A stretch of 64,000 bases of DNA from an uncultured Lachnospiraceae bacterium (GTDB lineage: Bacteria > Bacillota > Clostridia > Lachnospirales > Lachnospiraceae), in assembly GCA_910588825.1 (NCBI GenBank), contig CAJURF010000009.1:7553-71552 (forward strand), written 5' to 3'. Below, one piece after another: positions 18,677-28,421 of the stretch; position 1 is the stretch's first letter, and each line of letters begins with the position of its first letter. A program made the translations under genes and the position numbers. The notes under the pieces were generated by a model. The model did not search any database. It was not told the origin of the DNA and saw nothing but the letters and a program-made list of their open reading frames with translations.

Positions 18677-20623
18677 TTAGCAGATTTCTGCCCCTGCAGG
18701 CATTTCTCTGTCCGGTGTCAGCAGCGCCAGATGCCCGTCTGCATCTTCTGCGCACAGAATCATCCCTTCTGACATAATACCGGCCAGTTTGGCTGGTTTT
18801 AAGTTTGTCACCACCATAACCTTCTTCCCCACCATTTCTTCCGGAGTGTAGTCAGATTTAATACCTGAGACAATCTGCCTTACCTGGCTGCCGATACGCA
18901 CCTGAGAACACAGCAGCTTCCGCGATTTCTTCACAGCCTCGCAGGCAATGATTTCTCCAACCTGGAACTGCAGTTTTTCAAAATCATCAAAAGTAATCTC
19001 TGGTTTTGGCTCCAGGTCCACAACCGGGCCGTGGGTTTCCTCTGCTTTGGGCGGATGGAGTTCTTCCACTTTCTGCAGCACTTCTTTGATATCCTGGCGG
19101 GCAAAAAGGATTTCCGGTTTGTCAGTCACCCGGTTTCCAGAAGGATAAAGGCCGAATGTCTCCAGGGTGTCCAGGCCGCGTTTCTCCACCTGCAGCTGTT
19201 TTAAAATCCTCTGGGCAGTCTTGGGCATGAAAGACTCCAGCAAAGTGGTGCCCATGTAAATACCCTCAGCCAGATTGTAGAGCACTTCAGCCAGACGGTC
19301 TTTCTTGTCCGGGTCTTTTGCCAGGGCCCAGGGCATGGTCTCATCAATATATTTATTGCAGCGTTTGAACAGGGTGAAAATCTCTGTTATGGCATCTGCC
19401 ACCCGCAGGTCTTCCATCTTGGCAGTGACTTTTCCCACTGTGGAGACAGCAACTGCTTTCAGGTCGTCATCCACCGGCTCGATTACTTGAGTGTTGGTAA
19501 CTACCCCGTCGAAAAATTTGTTGGACATGGAGAGTGTGCGGTTTACCAGATTGCCCAGCGTGTTGGCAAGCTCGGAATTCATCCGTTCCACCAATAGCTC
19601 CCAGGTAATCACTCCGTCATTTTCAAAAGGCATTTCGTGAAGGACAAAGAAGCGTACAGCGTCTACCCCGAAGAAATCAGCCAGTTCGTCTGCATATAAT
19701 ACATTACCCTTTGACTTGCTCATCTTTCCCTCGCCCTGGAGCAGCCAGGGATGGCCGAATATCTGCCTGGGCAGCGGAAGATCCAGTGCCATCAGGAATA
19801 TGGGCCAGTAGATGGTGTGGAAACGGATAATGTCTTTTCCAATTAAATGAAGTTCTGCGGGCCAATTTTTCTTAAACTGTTCTGTGTCCGGCCCATCGCA
19901 GTCATAACCGATACCTGTGATGTAGTTGGTGAGCGCGTCCAGCCACACGTAAATCACATGATCAGTGTCAAAAGGCACCTGGATGCCCCATTTGAAGGAA
20001 GTACGGGAGACACACAGATCCTGAAGCCCGGGCAGCAGGAAGTTATTCATGATCTCGTTTTTCCGGGACACAGGCTGGATGAATTCCGGATGGCTGTTAA
20101 TGTGTTCGATGAGCCTGTCCGCGTATTTGCTCATTTTGAAGAAATAGGCTTCCTCCTTGGCTGGAATCACTTCCCTGCCGCAGTCCGGGCATTTCCCGTC
20201 TTTCAGCTGAGACTCCGTGAAAAAGGATTCACAGGGGGTACAGTACAGACCCTCGTAATATCCCTTGTAAATATCACCCTGGTCATAAAGTTTCTTGAAA
20301 ATTTTCTGTACCTGCTTTTCATGGTCTTCGTCAGTGGTGCGGATGAATTTGTCATAAGAGGTGTCCATCAAATCCCAGATGCGCTTGATTTCTCCCGCCA
20401 CACTGTCTACAAATTCTTTGGGGGTGACGCCGGCATCGGCCGCTTTCAGCTCTACCTTCTGGCCGTGCTCATCGGTTCCTGTCTGGAAAAATACGTCGTA
20501 TCCCTGCTGTCTTTTAAAGCGGGCGATGCTGTCGGCAAGAACTGCCTCATAAGTGTTGCCGATATGGGGCTTGCCCGATGTATAGGCAATAGCCGTTGTC
20601 ATGTAAAATTTTCCTTTGCTCAT
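18677..20623 (-). CDS. metG: Methionine--tRNA ligase with C-terminal tRNA-binding domain
   Basis: HIGN (HIGH-class) motif near the N-terminus, KMSKS motif, Zn knuckle cysteines, C-terminal EMAP/tRNA-binding domain. Confidence 0.95.
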   Translation of the reverse strand: MSKGKFYMTTAIAYTSGKPHIGNTYEAVLADSIARFKRQQGYDVFFQTGTDEHGQKVELKAADAGVTPKEFVDSVAGEIKRIWDLMDTSYDKFIRTTDEDHEKQVQKIFKKLYDQGDIYKGYYEGLYCTPCESFFTESQLKDGKCPDCGREVIPAKEEAYFFKMSKYADRLIEHINSHPEFIQPVSRKNEIMNNFLLPGLQDLCVSRTSFKWGIQVPFDTDHVIYVWLDALTNYITGIGYDCDGPDTEQFKKNWPAELHLIGKDIIRFHTIYWPIFLMALDLPLPRQIFGHPWLLQGEGKMSKSKGNVLYADELADFFGVDAVRFFVLHEMPFENDGVITWELLVERMNSELANTLGNLVNRTLSMSNKFFDGVVTNTQVIEPVDDDLKAVAVSTVGKVTAKMEDLRVADAITEIFTLFKRCNKYIDETMPWALAKDPDKKDRLAEVLYNLAEGIYMGTTLLESFMPKTAQRILKQLQVEKRGLDTLETFGLYPSGNRVTDKPEILFARQDIKEVLQKVEELHPPKAEETHGPVVDLEPKPEITFDDFEKLQFQVGEIIACEAVKKSRKLLCSQVRIGSQVRQIVSGIKSDYTPEEMVGKKVMVVTNLKPAKLAGIMSEGMILCAEDADGHLALLTPDREMPAGAEIC

Positions 20624-20705
20624 AAATTATTCTCCTATTCTTATTTAGATTGTCCTATCATATGCCCGAAAAGAGCTGGATTAAGAAAGAATACTGCTTC
20701 TTATA

Positions 20706-21000
20706 CGATAAAAAAACGCCTTCCCTCCAAAATTCGGAGGAAGACGATTCATACCGTGTTACCACTTCCATTCATCTGCACCTCACAGTGCAGACCTTAT
20801 CGGGTACAGTAATACCCTATCGCTATAACAGGCGAATCCTGTCGCAGCCTTACCAGAAACCTGTGGTTCGGTGCGCCTCTCAGAAGCCATGTTCCATCGG
20901 TATCCATACATCCCCTCTCAGCTCCAGGAGACAGCAGGATGCTTCTCCGTTGTGGGAATTCTCTGTGGTATCTCCACGGATGTACTCTCTTCGTCATTGT
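20706..21000 (-). promoter_or_regulatory. T-box riboswitch leader of metG
   Basis: Minus-strand leader starts with ...aaTGACGAAGAGAGTAC... (Stem I-like). T-box-like AAUGGAAGUGGUAACACGG overlaps the terminator hairpin cttcctccgaattttggagggaag, followed by UUUUUUU (plus coordinates 20706-20760), about 85 nt upstream of ATG. Confidence 0.55.
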
Positions 21001-21273
21001 GTTTGGCTTGTTGATGGGCTTGCCCCATCGGATTAGTAGTATTAGAGTATCATATATTTATTTGTTTGTAAATTATTTTTTTGGGATTTTGGTGTTTGGG
21101 TTTCTGTTTCTGTTGATGGATATTGAGAGATTTCTAAAAAACTTGAAAATATTCCTTACAAGGAATACAATAGGCTGTAGAATTGCCATTGGCAGAGAGG
21201 ACGATACAAGTTGTGAAGGATATATGAAAGTGCCAAGAGAATAGGTGGCATTACAAAGTAAAGGGACTGTTGT

Positions 21274-21987
21274 ATGGATGAATATGCGCTCATGACATAT
21301 TATGTAAGATATTTGAAGGAGATACGAAAGGTTTCTGATTCTACAGTAAAGCATTACCAGGAGGCGCTGCGATATATATCAAAGCGTCTGGTGGAGAAAG
21401 GAAAATTGCAGCAGACTGTGTATGAAATACAGGAGCTTAGTGAATTGGAGATGATTAGAACTTATTTGTATAATGATCCTGGTTTTGTGGCTCTCGATAA
21501 GCGTGGTCATCAGATGTATAGTGCTGGGTTTAATAATTATTATAAGTTTGCCAGTGGACAGGGATTTTCTAATATTCACCAGCAGATTGGCGTCATGGAT
21601 ATAGAAGTGCCTGTTGCGGAAAAACAAACATATACAATGGAAGTTTGGAAAAGATCTGCAATTATAAAAATCCAGTCAATAGAATCAGCAGGATATCAAT
21701 GTGAGATAGACCCTAAGCACAACACATTCACGGCAAAAAGTACAGGGCATCCGTATATGGAGGGACATCATGCTCTTCCAATGAAGCATCAGGATAAGTT
21801 TTCTAAAAGCTTAGATATATATGCAAATATTATTTGTCTCTGTCCTATATGTCATAGACTTTTGCATTATGGCGTTGAATCAGAAAAAGAGAATGTATTA
21901 AATAAGATTTATTATGATAGATCGGTTCGTTTGGCAGCAAGTGGAATAAAAATTAGCAAAACAGATTTTAAAAAATTAGTGGTGTAA
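21274..21987 (+). CDS. HNH endonuclease with N-terminal integrase-SAM-like (DNA-binding) domain
   Basis: C-terminal HNH/Zn motif GHHALP...CLCPICHRLLHYG. N-terminal YYVRYLKEIRKVSDSTVKHYQEALRYI resembles a phage-integrase N-terminal SAM-like domain. AT-rich region. Confidence 0.65.
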   Translation: MDEYALMTYYVRYLKEIRKVSDSTVKHYQEALRYISKRLVEKGKLQQTVYEIQELSELEMIRTYLYNDPGFVALDKRGHQMYSAGFNNYYKFASGQGFSNIHQQIGVMDIEVPVAEKQTYTMEVWKRSAIIKIQSIESAGYQCEIDPKHNTFTAKSTGHPYMEGHHALPMKHQDKFSKSLDIYANIICLCPICHRLLHYGVESEKENVLNKIYYDRSVRLAASGIKISKTDFKKLVV

Positions 21988-22080
21988 TGTATCGCGATTG
22001 ATTAAACTTTACAAACCACCCAAAAAAGAATATACTGAAATGTATCGAAACATCATTATAAAATACAGGGAAGTGATACA

Positions 22081-22596
22081 ATGAATTGTTGTCCAAAATG
22101 TGGAAGTCCCGTTCAGGATGGAATGAGATACTGTCCTGGATGCGGGGAAAGAATCACCCAGGAGAGTTACAGTCAAAGTTATTATCAGGATGGAATGAAT
22201 TACGGCTTTCAGGAAAACATGAATTATGGCTGTCAGGGTCAGGTGTCAGATGAAGTGGTGGATATACAGAAAAACAAAGTCCTGGCGGCGTGTTCTTATT
22301 TTGGGGTGCTGGTGCTTCTGCCTTTGTTTCTAAGCAGAGAATCTCCTTTTGCCCGGTTTCACGCCAACCAGGGTCTGGTGCTTCTGCTGGGTGAGATCAT
22401 CTGTCAGGCTGTCAGCAGAGGGATGCACATGTTACAGGAATGGGGGTGGCCATTCTGGGGTTTCGGCTTGATGGGAGGGGCGCTGGATATTCTGAATCTG
22501 GTGTTTCTGGTATTTTCTATCTGGGGAGTTATTAATGTGTGTACGGGAAAATATGCTGAGATTCCGGTTATCGGTTCGATACAGCTTTTGAAGTAG
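22081..22596 (+). CDS. Zinc-ribbon + DUF4870-like membrane protein
   Basis: N-terminal CPKCGSPV...YCPGCGER zinc ribbon. QY/NY-rich linker. Two or three C-terminal TM helices. Confidence 0.6.
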   Translation: MNCCPKCGSPVQDGMRYCPGCGERITQESYSQSYYQDGMNYGFQENMNYGCQGQVSDEVVDIQKNKVLAACSYFGVLVLLPLFLSRESPFARFHANQGLVLLLGEIICQAVSRGMHMLQEWGWPFWGFGLMGGALDILNLVFLVFSIWGVINVCTGKYAEIPVIGSIQLLK

Positions 22597-22821
22597 CGGC
22601 TTACAGCCACAGGCAGGGAGAGAGCCAGAGCCGTAGTATGAAAAGAAATATCAAAAGATAGAGTAAAGCACAAGGGCAGGTAATACCTGCCCTTAAATGA
22701 TAGGGAGCTGCCAAAAAAGCGGCCAGAAGGGCGCACATAGAAGTTCTGACTAAAGAGCATCTCATAAAACCAGGCAAAAAGGGACTTCCGAGAGTACATG
22801 ATAGAAGAAAGGGGGAAAACC

Positions 22822-24024
22822 ATGCTGGAAATTAAAGGAGCGGTTACAACAGCCATCTGTTACGCAAATATCATTGAGGAAGAAGCCGTGGAACAGATCC
22901 GCAGAATGTGCGATCAGGAGTTTACGAAGGACTGCCAGGTGAGGATTATGCCGGATGTGCATGCAGGCAAGGGCTGCACCATCGGAACCACCATGACGGT
23001 TAAAGACAAAGCGGTTCCCAACGTAGTGGGCGTGGATATTGGATGCGGTATGTATACAGTGAATCTGGGAAAACAGGAGATTGATCTGGAGCGGTTTGAT
23101 GCGGCCTGCCATTTTGTGCCTTCCGGAATGCGGGCGTGGGAGGGACGGCAGGAGAGATTTCCTTTAACAGAGCTTCGCTGTTACCGTTCTCTGGAGAGAA
23201 CCAAGTGGATCGAGAGGAGTCTGGGAACCCTTGGCGGAGGCAATCATTTTATTGAGATTGACCGCGCATCGGACGGGACAAATTATCTTGTGATTCATAC
23301 AGGGAGCCGGAATCTGGGAAAACAGACAGCGGAGATTTATCAAAAGCTGGCGGTGGAGCTGAATCAGGGAAAGGAGGAGTATTTTAAAAAGAAGGATGCT
23401 CTGATTGCGCAATACAAAGCTGCTGGGCGGAGGAAGGAGATCCAGCAGGCACTTTTGGAACTCCACTGGCAACATAAACCCCTGAGTGTTCCAGAGGATC
23501 TCTGTTATGTGTACGGCAGTTATTTTGAGGATTATCTCCACGATGTGGAAATCTGCCAGGAGTTCGCGGTCAGAAACCGGGAATTGATTGCGGAGATTCT
23601 GCTTGAGAGGACAGGACTTTCCGGAGAGGGAGGATTTCATACCATCCACAATTACATTGACACAGACGAAATGATTCTGCGAAAAGGTGCCATTGCGGCC
23701 CATGACGGAGAGAAAGTGCTGATACCCATTAACATGAGAGATGGCAGTGTGCTGGCAGTGGGAAAGGGAAATCAGGAGTGGAATTATTCTGCGCCCCACG
23801 GCGCGGGACGTGTGATGTCCAGGAAGAAGGCCAAGGCATCTCTGAGTATGGAAGATTATGAGGCGGCCATGGAGGGAATTTATACCACATCGGTGAATGA
23901 GAATACGCTGGATGAGGCGCCGTCGGCATATAAGTCACTGGATGATATCATAGGGGTCATCCGGGATTCGGTGGATGTGATTGAAATCATGAAGCCGATT
24001 TATAATTTTAAAGCCTCCGATTGA
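22822..24024 (+). CDS. rtcB: RtcB family RNA 3-prime-phosphate ligase
   Basis: Metal-binding motifs MPDVHAGKG, GGGNHFIE, HGAGR. SD AAGGGGG before ATG 22822. Confidence 0.85.
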   Translation: MLEIKGAVTTAICYANIIEEEAVEQIRRMCDQEFTKDCQVRIMPDVHAGKGCTIGTTMTVKDKAVPNVVGVDIGCGMYTVNLGKQEIDLERFDAACHFVPSGMRAWEGRQERFPLTELRCYRSLERTKWIERSLGTLGGGNHFIEIDRASDGTNYLVIHTGSRNLGKQTAEIYQKLAVELNQGKEEYFKKKDALIAQYKAAGRRKEIQQALLELHWQHKPLSVPEDLCYVYGSYFEDYLHDVEICQEFAVRNRELIAEILLERTGLSGEGGFHTIHNYIDTDEMILRKGAIAAHDGEKVLIPINMRDGSVLAVGKGNQEWNYSAPHGAGRVMSRKKAKASLSMEDYEAAMEGIYTTSVNENTLDEAPSAYKSLDDIIGVIRDSVDVIEIMKPIYNFKASD

Positions 24025-24194
24025 TGGTAAATGCTGACACCCCTGCGCACTGAGAGTCATGAAATACTTTGCGCGCTCTGTTATACTGGGTTCGTAAATG
24101 ATCATTACAAAACTGCTTCAAACGCCGCGGGTTTGGAGAAAATAAAAACAAAGCCCGGGCCCGGGTGACGAAATGGATGAAGGAGAGGCAGAAG

Positions 24195-25067
24195 ATGGAC
24201 TGGATTACGGGGATCAGCCAGGCGATTGACTATGTAGAAGACCATATAACAGAACCTGTGAATTATGAGGAAGCAGCAAAATGTGCGTATTCTTCCAGCT
24301 TTCATTTTCAGAGGGTATTTTCTGTGGTCTGTGGTTTTACCCTTGGGGATTATGTAAGGTTCCGCAGGCTGGCCCTTGCCGGCAGGGAGCTTGCGGCGGA
24401 GAATGCCAAGGTGATTGATATTGCCATGAAGTATGGATACGACACGCCGGAGAGTTTTTCCAGGGCATTCACCAGATTTCACGGGTGTTCACCCACCCAG
24501 GCGAAGAAAGGCGCTGTAATCAAGTCATTTTCACGGCTTTCCGTAAAACTAATAGTCAGTGGAGGGACAAAAATGGATTACAGGATCGAGAAGAAGGATG
24601 CGTTTGATGTTCTGGTAAAGCGGAAACGTTTTACGAAGAATAAGGAGATTAACGGACAGGAAATCACAGCATTTTGGGGACAATGTACGGCTGACGGCAC
24701 CATTGACAGAATTACCCGTTATGTGCATAGGGATAATGTGTTTAAAGATTCTATTATCGGAATCGCGCTGGAGTACCTGCCGGGGGATGAGGACTTTCCC
24801 TATGGAATTGGATGCCATTATAACGGGGAACCCGTGACAGATGAGGACCTTGAGGTGGTATCACTTCCAGCGGCGTCTTACGCGGTATTTCCGTGCAGGG
24901 GAGCCATGCCGGAGGCGTTCCAGAAGGTATATAAGTATATCTTTGAGGAATTCTTTTTAAACAGCGAATATCAGCCTAGCGGGGTGGAGATTGAGGCATA
25001 TCCGTCCGCCAATGCCACAGATCCGGATTATTACTGGGAATTGTGGCTGGCTGTGAAAAAGAAATAA
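24195..25067 (+). CDS. AraC family transcriptional regulator with GyrI-like effector-binding domain
   Basis: N-terminal AraC HTH (YSSSFHFQRVFSVVCGFTLGDYVRFRRL). C-terminal GyrI-like small-molecule binding fold. SD AAGGAGAGG. Confidence 0.8.
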   Translation: MDWITGISQAIDYVEDHITEPVNYEEAAKCAYSSSFHFQRVFSVVCGFTLGDYVRFRRLALAGRELAAENAKVIDIAMKYGYDTPESFSRAFTRFHGCSPTQAKKGAVIKSFSRLSVKLIVSGGTKMDYRIEKKDAFDVLVKRKRFTKNKEINGQEITAFWGQCTADGTIDRITRYVHRDNVFKDSIIGIALEYLPGDEDFPYGIGCHYNGEPVTDEDLEVVSLPAASYAVFPCRGAMPEAFQKVYKYIFEEFFLNSEYQPSGVEIEAYPSANATDPDYYWELWLAVKKK

Positions 25068-25075
25068 GGGGGTGC

Positions 25076-25118
25076 GGCGCCTGGAGCAGTTTGAATGTGT
25101 GCTCCAGGCGCTTTGCTG
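25076..25118 (+). terminator. Rho-independent terminator after AraC-family gene
   Basis: ggcgcctggagc-(13-nt loop)-gctccaggcgc, an 11-bp stem followed by TTTGCTGTC. Confidence 0.55.
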
Positions 25119-25235
25119 TCATTAGCTCAAGCAGGGAAAATGTCCCGGAATACTGAAAATAGTGTTATGGAAAATGAGAAATGTTATCATCTGAAGGGTT
25201 TGACAGAGAGATTTGGATTGTGGTAGACTATACGC

Positions 25236-26393
25236 ATGTTAGAAAGGACTAACCACAAAAAATGTTTTTGGTCAGATGCAGGGAAATATCTGTGCGTGTG
25301 GTCAGCAGTGATTCTGCTGTTAAGCGGCTGCGGTATTCAGGCGAAAGTTTCCGGGGCTGCTGAAAATACAGGCGGCCAGGCCGGGGAGGCGGCGCAGGAG
25401 ACACAGGCAGGCAAGGCTCCATGGAAAAACCAGGAAAGCCCGGATGACCAGGAGGCTGTGAAAGAATTATTTGCCATGGATACCTACATGACTCTGGCGG
25501 CTTACGGAGACCGGGCCCGGGAGGCAGTGGACGCGGCGGCAGTGGAGATTCAGCGGCTTGAGGGGCTGCTATCCACAGGCGATAGTGAAAGTGAACTCTC
25601 AAAGGTAAATAGAGAGGGCAGGGGAACGTTGTCCAAGGATACGGCGGCTTTGACAGAACGTTCTCTGGAATTGTATCAGGAAACGAAGGGGATTTTTAAT
25701 ATTGCGGTGTATCCAGTGATGAGGGCCTGGGGATTTACAGATGGCAGTTATCGGGTTCCCTCTCAGGAAGAACTGACACAGCTCCTGTCTTTAACGAATG
25801 CCAGAAAGATTAAGTTCGACAGGGATCTGGCGCAGATTTCTTTTGGCCGGGAGGGGATGGAGATTGATCTGGGCGGCATCGCCAAAGGGTATACATCCAA
25901 CCGGATTATGGAGATTTTCCGGGAATACGGGGTGAAGAGCGGGCTTGTGAATCTGGGAGGAAATGTGCAGGCGCTGGGAACGAAGACTGACGGCAGTCTG
26001 TGGCGGGTTTCCATTCTGCATCCGGAGAATACAGAAAGATATGCAGGTATTCTCTCCATTGAGGATTGTGCGGTGGTGACTTCCGGCGGATATGAGCGCT
26101 GTTTTGAAAAGGATGGGACTACCTATCATCACATTATTGATCCACGGACGGGATATCCGGCAGACAGCGGTCTGGAATCTGTGACCATTGTCAGTCCGGA
26201 CGGGACTCTGGCGGATGGATTGTCCACGTCGTTTTTTGTTATGGGACTGGAGAAAGCAAGTGCATATTGGAGAGAGCACCAGGAGGAATTTGAGATGGTT
26301 CTCATGTCAAAAGAAGGCGGATTGTATGTGACAAAAGGCATTGCGGAGCATTTCACGTCAGACTATGAGATTACAGTGATTGAAGGAAAGTAG
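25236..26393 (+). CDS. apbE: FAD:protein FMN transferase (ApbE family) lipoprotein
   Basis: Lipobox LLLSGCG. ApbE hallmarks FAMDTYMTLAAYG and GGIAKGYTSNRI. Confidence 0.85.
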   Translation: MLERTNHKKCFWSDAGKYLCVWSAVILLLSGCGIQAKVSGAAENTGGQAGEAAQETQAGKAPWKNQESPDDQEAVKELFAMDTYMTLAAYGDRAREAVDAAAVEIQRLEGLLSTGDSESELSKVNREGRGTLSKDTAALTERSLELYQETKGIFNIAVYPVMRAWGFTDGSYRVPSQEELTQLLSLTNARKIKFDRDLAQISFGREGMEIDLGGIAKGYTSNRIMEIFREYGVKSGLVNLGGNVQALGTKTDGSLWRVSILHPENTERYAGILSIEDCAVVTSGGYERCFEKDGTTYHHIIDPRTGYPADSGLESVTIVSPDGTLADGLSTSFFVMGLEKASAYWREHQEEFEMVLMSKEGGLYVTKGIAEHFTSDYEITVIEGK

Positions 26394-26401
26394 TGAAAGA
26401 A

Positions 26402-28402
26402 ATGAAAAAGATATGGAAAATCCTTCCCACGCTGGCTCCTGTGCTGGCAGTGGGCGGGGTGGCCGCGGGAGCGGCGGCAGGCCTTGGCAGTTATACGGTT
26501 CCGGCGTACGGGGCAGAGGAATTCAGGATTCCCGGCTCAAGGGGACTGGCGGCGCAGGGGGATGATGTGAATAAAACGGTTCAACAGCCTAAGGAGACTG
26601 GGAAGCCTGCAGACACCGGGAAGCCGGAAGAAAAGAAATCAAGAAAAGAACAATCAAAAGGGTCTTTTCAGCTGGCAGACGGCATCTATGAAGGAACCGG
26701 AACAGGGTATCGTGGAGAGATAAAGGCTGCTGTAAACATTAAGAATCAATCCATTGAGGCCGTTGATATACTCAGCCATTCAGATGACGAGGCTTTCTTC
26801 AACAGGGCAAAGGAGGGCGTGGTCGGCAGCATGTTAGCCGGCCAGACCACAGAGGTGGATACGGTGACCGGAGCCACTTACAGCTCCAAGGGGATTATAC
26901 AGGCGGTGAAAAATGCGCTGAAAGAAGATGCGGGAAGCAGTGAAACACCAAAGAGCACTGCCCCGTCTGGAAGCCAGACAAAAACCCAGGGCTCTGGGGT
27001 AATTGGGCAGGGGAATCTTTCCTATGCGGACGGCACCTATGAGGGGAGTGCCCCTGGCTTTTCCGGAGAGGTGAGGGTTTCCGTGACAGTAAAAGACAAG
27101 ACCATTACGGCCATAGATATTTTAAGCCATTCAGATGATGAATCTTTCTTTGGAAGGGCCAGGGAAGGCGTGGTCAGCAGCATTCTTTCGTCTCAGCAGC
27201 TGGAGGTGGATGCCGTGTCCGGGGCCACTTACAGTTCCAACGGGATTATCAATGCGGTGAAAAATGCCCTCAGCGGTGCGAAAAGCCCCACGGAGGGACA
27301 GCAGGGGGGAAGTACGCCCACGGCATCTCCTGAACCGGTAAAGAAAGTGAAAGAGCCCAAAGCGTATAAAGACGGAACCTATACCGGGACAGGAACCGGG
27401 TTTGGGGGAGAGCTTACGGTAAAAGTAAAGGTTGCCAAAGGGAAGGTCAAAAAAATCCAGATTGTCAGCAGCAGTGACGGTGAGGAATATATCAGGAAAG
27501 CGAAAGCACTGCTGAAAACCATCTGTGAAAAACAGAGTACCAATGTGGATGCCGTGTCTGGTGCTACCTACAGCTCCGCAGGGATTATTGAGGCTGTGAG
27601 AAACGCTCTGGCAAAGGCGGCCGTCTCCAAAAGTACCCCGTCACCCACGAAAACGCCCACGGTTTCTCCCGGAGCGGCGCAGGGGCTGTTTCCTTATCCC
27701 GACGGCACTTACACGGGAACAGGAGAAGGTTTCGGGGGGAAAATTACGGTGGAAGTACAGATAAAAAAGAAAGCCATTGCAAGTGTAGTGGTGACGGAAC
27801 ACAGGGATGAGGACGATGGGTTCTTCAACCGGGCAAAAACACTGGTGGATCAGATTGTGAAAAATCAGAGTGTGGACATAGACGCTGTGTCCGGGGCTAC
27901 CTACAGTTCCAGAGGGATTCTGGAGGCCGTGAAAAATGCCCTGAAAGCGGCAGCTGCAGGCACGCCGTCAGCCACAGGTACTCCCCCGGCCACAGGCACC
28001 CCGCCAGCTGCAGGGACACCTGCGGCGCCGGAAACTCCATCGCCGTCTGAGACGCCGGGGACAGGTTATAAAGACGGCCTCTATACGGCGTCGGCCCTTT
28101 GCTCGCCAGATGAATACTGGGATTTTGACCCGTATAATCTGAATCTTACGGTTGTCGTGTCAGAGGGAAGGATTACCGCCATACGGAATATTTATGGAGA
28201 CTATGGGGACGACGCTGCGGATAATGATTCTTATGTGAACCGGGCGGCCAATGGAAGCTCTTCTTCGCCGGGGATTGTGAGCCAGATTGTGGAGAAGAAC
28301 AGCGCGGAGGGGATAGATACCGTATCTCATGCCACCTGCTCATCCCGGGCCATTATTGAGGCGTGCAGACAGGCCCTTTTGAAGGCCCAGAATGGACAGT
28401 AA
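26402..28402 (+). CDS. Secreted poly-FMN-binding protein (five tandem FMN_bind domains)
   Basis: Signal peptide. Four repeats containing the flavinylation motif VTGATYSS/VSGATYSS and one degenerate VSHATCSS. Repeats are separated by Pro/Thr/Ser linkers. Confidence 0.8.
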   Translation: MKKIWKILPTLAPVLAVGGVAAGAAAGLGSYTVPAYGAEEFRIPGSRGLAAQGDDVNKTVQQPKETGKPADTGKPEEKKSRKEQSKGSFQLADGIYEGTGTGYRGEIKAAVNIKNQSIEAVDILSHSDDEAFFNRAKEGVVGSMLAGQTTEVDTVTGATYSSKGIIQAVKNALKEDAGSSETPKSTAPSGSQTKTQGSGVIGQGNLSYADGTYEGSAPGFSGEVRVSVTVKDKTITAIDILSHSDDESFFGRAREGVVSSILSSQQLEVDAVSGATYSSNGIINAVKNALSGAKSPTEGQQGGSTPTASPEPVKKVKEPKAYKDGTYTGTGTGFGGELTVKVKVAKGKVKKIQIVSSSDGEEYIRKAKALLKTICEKQSTNVDAVSGATYSSAGIIEAVRNALAKAAVSKSTPSPTKTPTVSPGAAQGLFPYPDGTYTGTGEGFGGKITVEVQIKKKAIASVVVTEHRDEDDGFFNRAKTLVDQIVKNQSVDIDAVSGATYSSRGILEAVKNALKAAAAGTPSATGTPPATGTPPAAGTPAAPETPSPSETPGTGYKDGLYTASALCSPDEYWDFDPYNLNLTVVVSEGRITAIRNIYGDYGDDAADNDSYVNRAANGSSSSPGIVSQIVEKNSAEGIDTVSHATCSSRAIIEACRQALLKAQNGQ

Positions 28403-28421
28403 GAAAAAGGGGGCTCAGGCG

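Noticed and set aside
17658-18755. 365-aa minus-strand ORF inside htpG
   Set aside because: It is antisense to a high-confidence chaperone gene. A Cys/His/Leu-rich translation is typical of an antisense artefact.
19847-20812. 321-aa plus-strand ORF antisense to metG and its leader
   Set aside because: It is fully contained within metG and the T-box leader on the opposite strand, and has no motifs.
20650-21036. 128-aa plus-strand ORF upstream of metG
   Set aside because: It overlaps the T-box leader and terminator on the other strand and has low complexity.
24105-24482. 125-aa minus-strand ORF overlapping the AraC-family gene start
   Set aside because: It is antisense to and overlapping a well-supported regulator gene. 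It includes the palindromic CCCGGGCCCGGG stretch, which is more likely a structural element.
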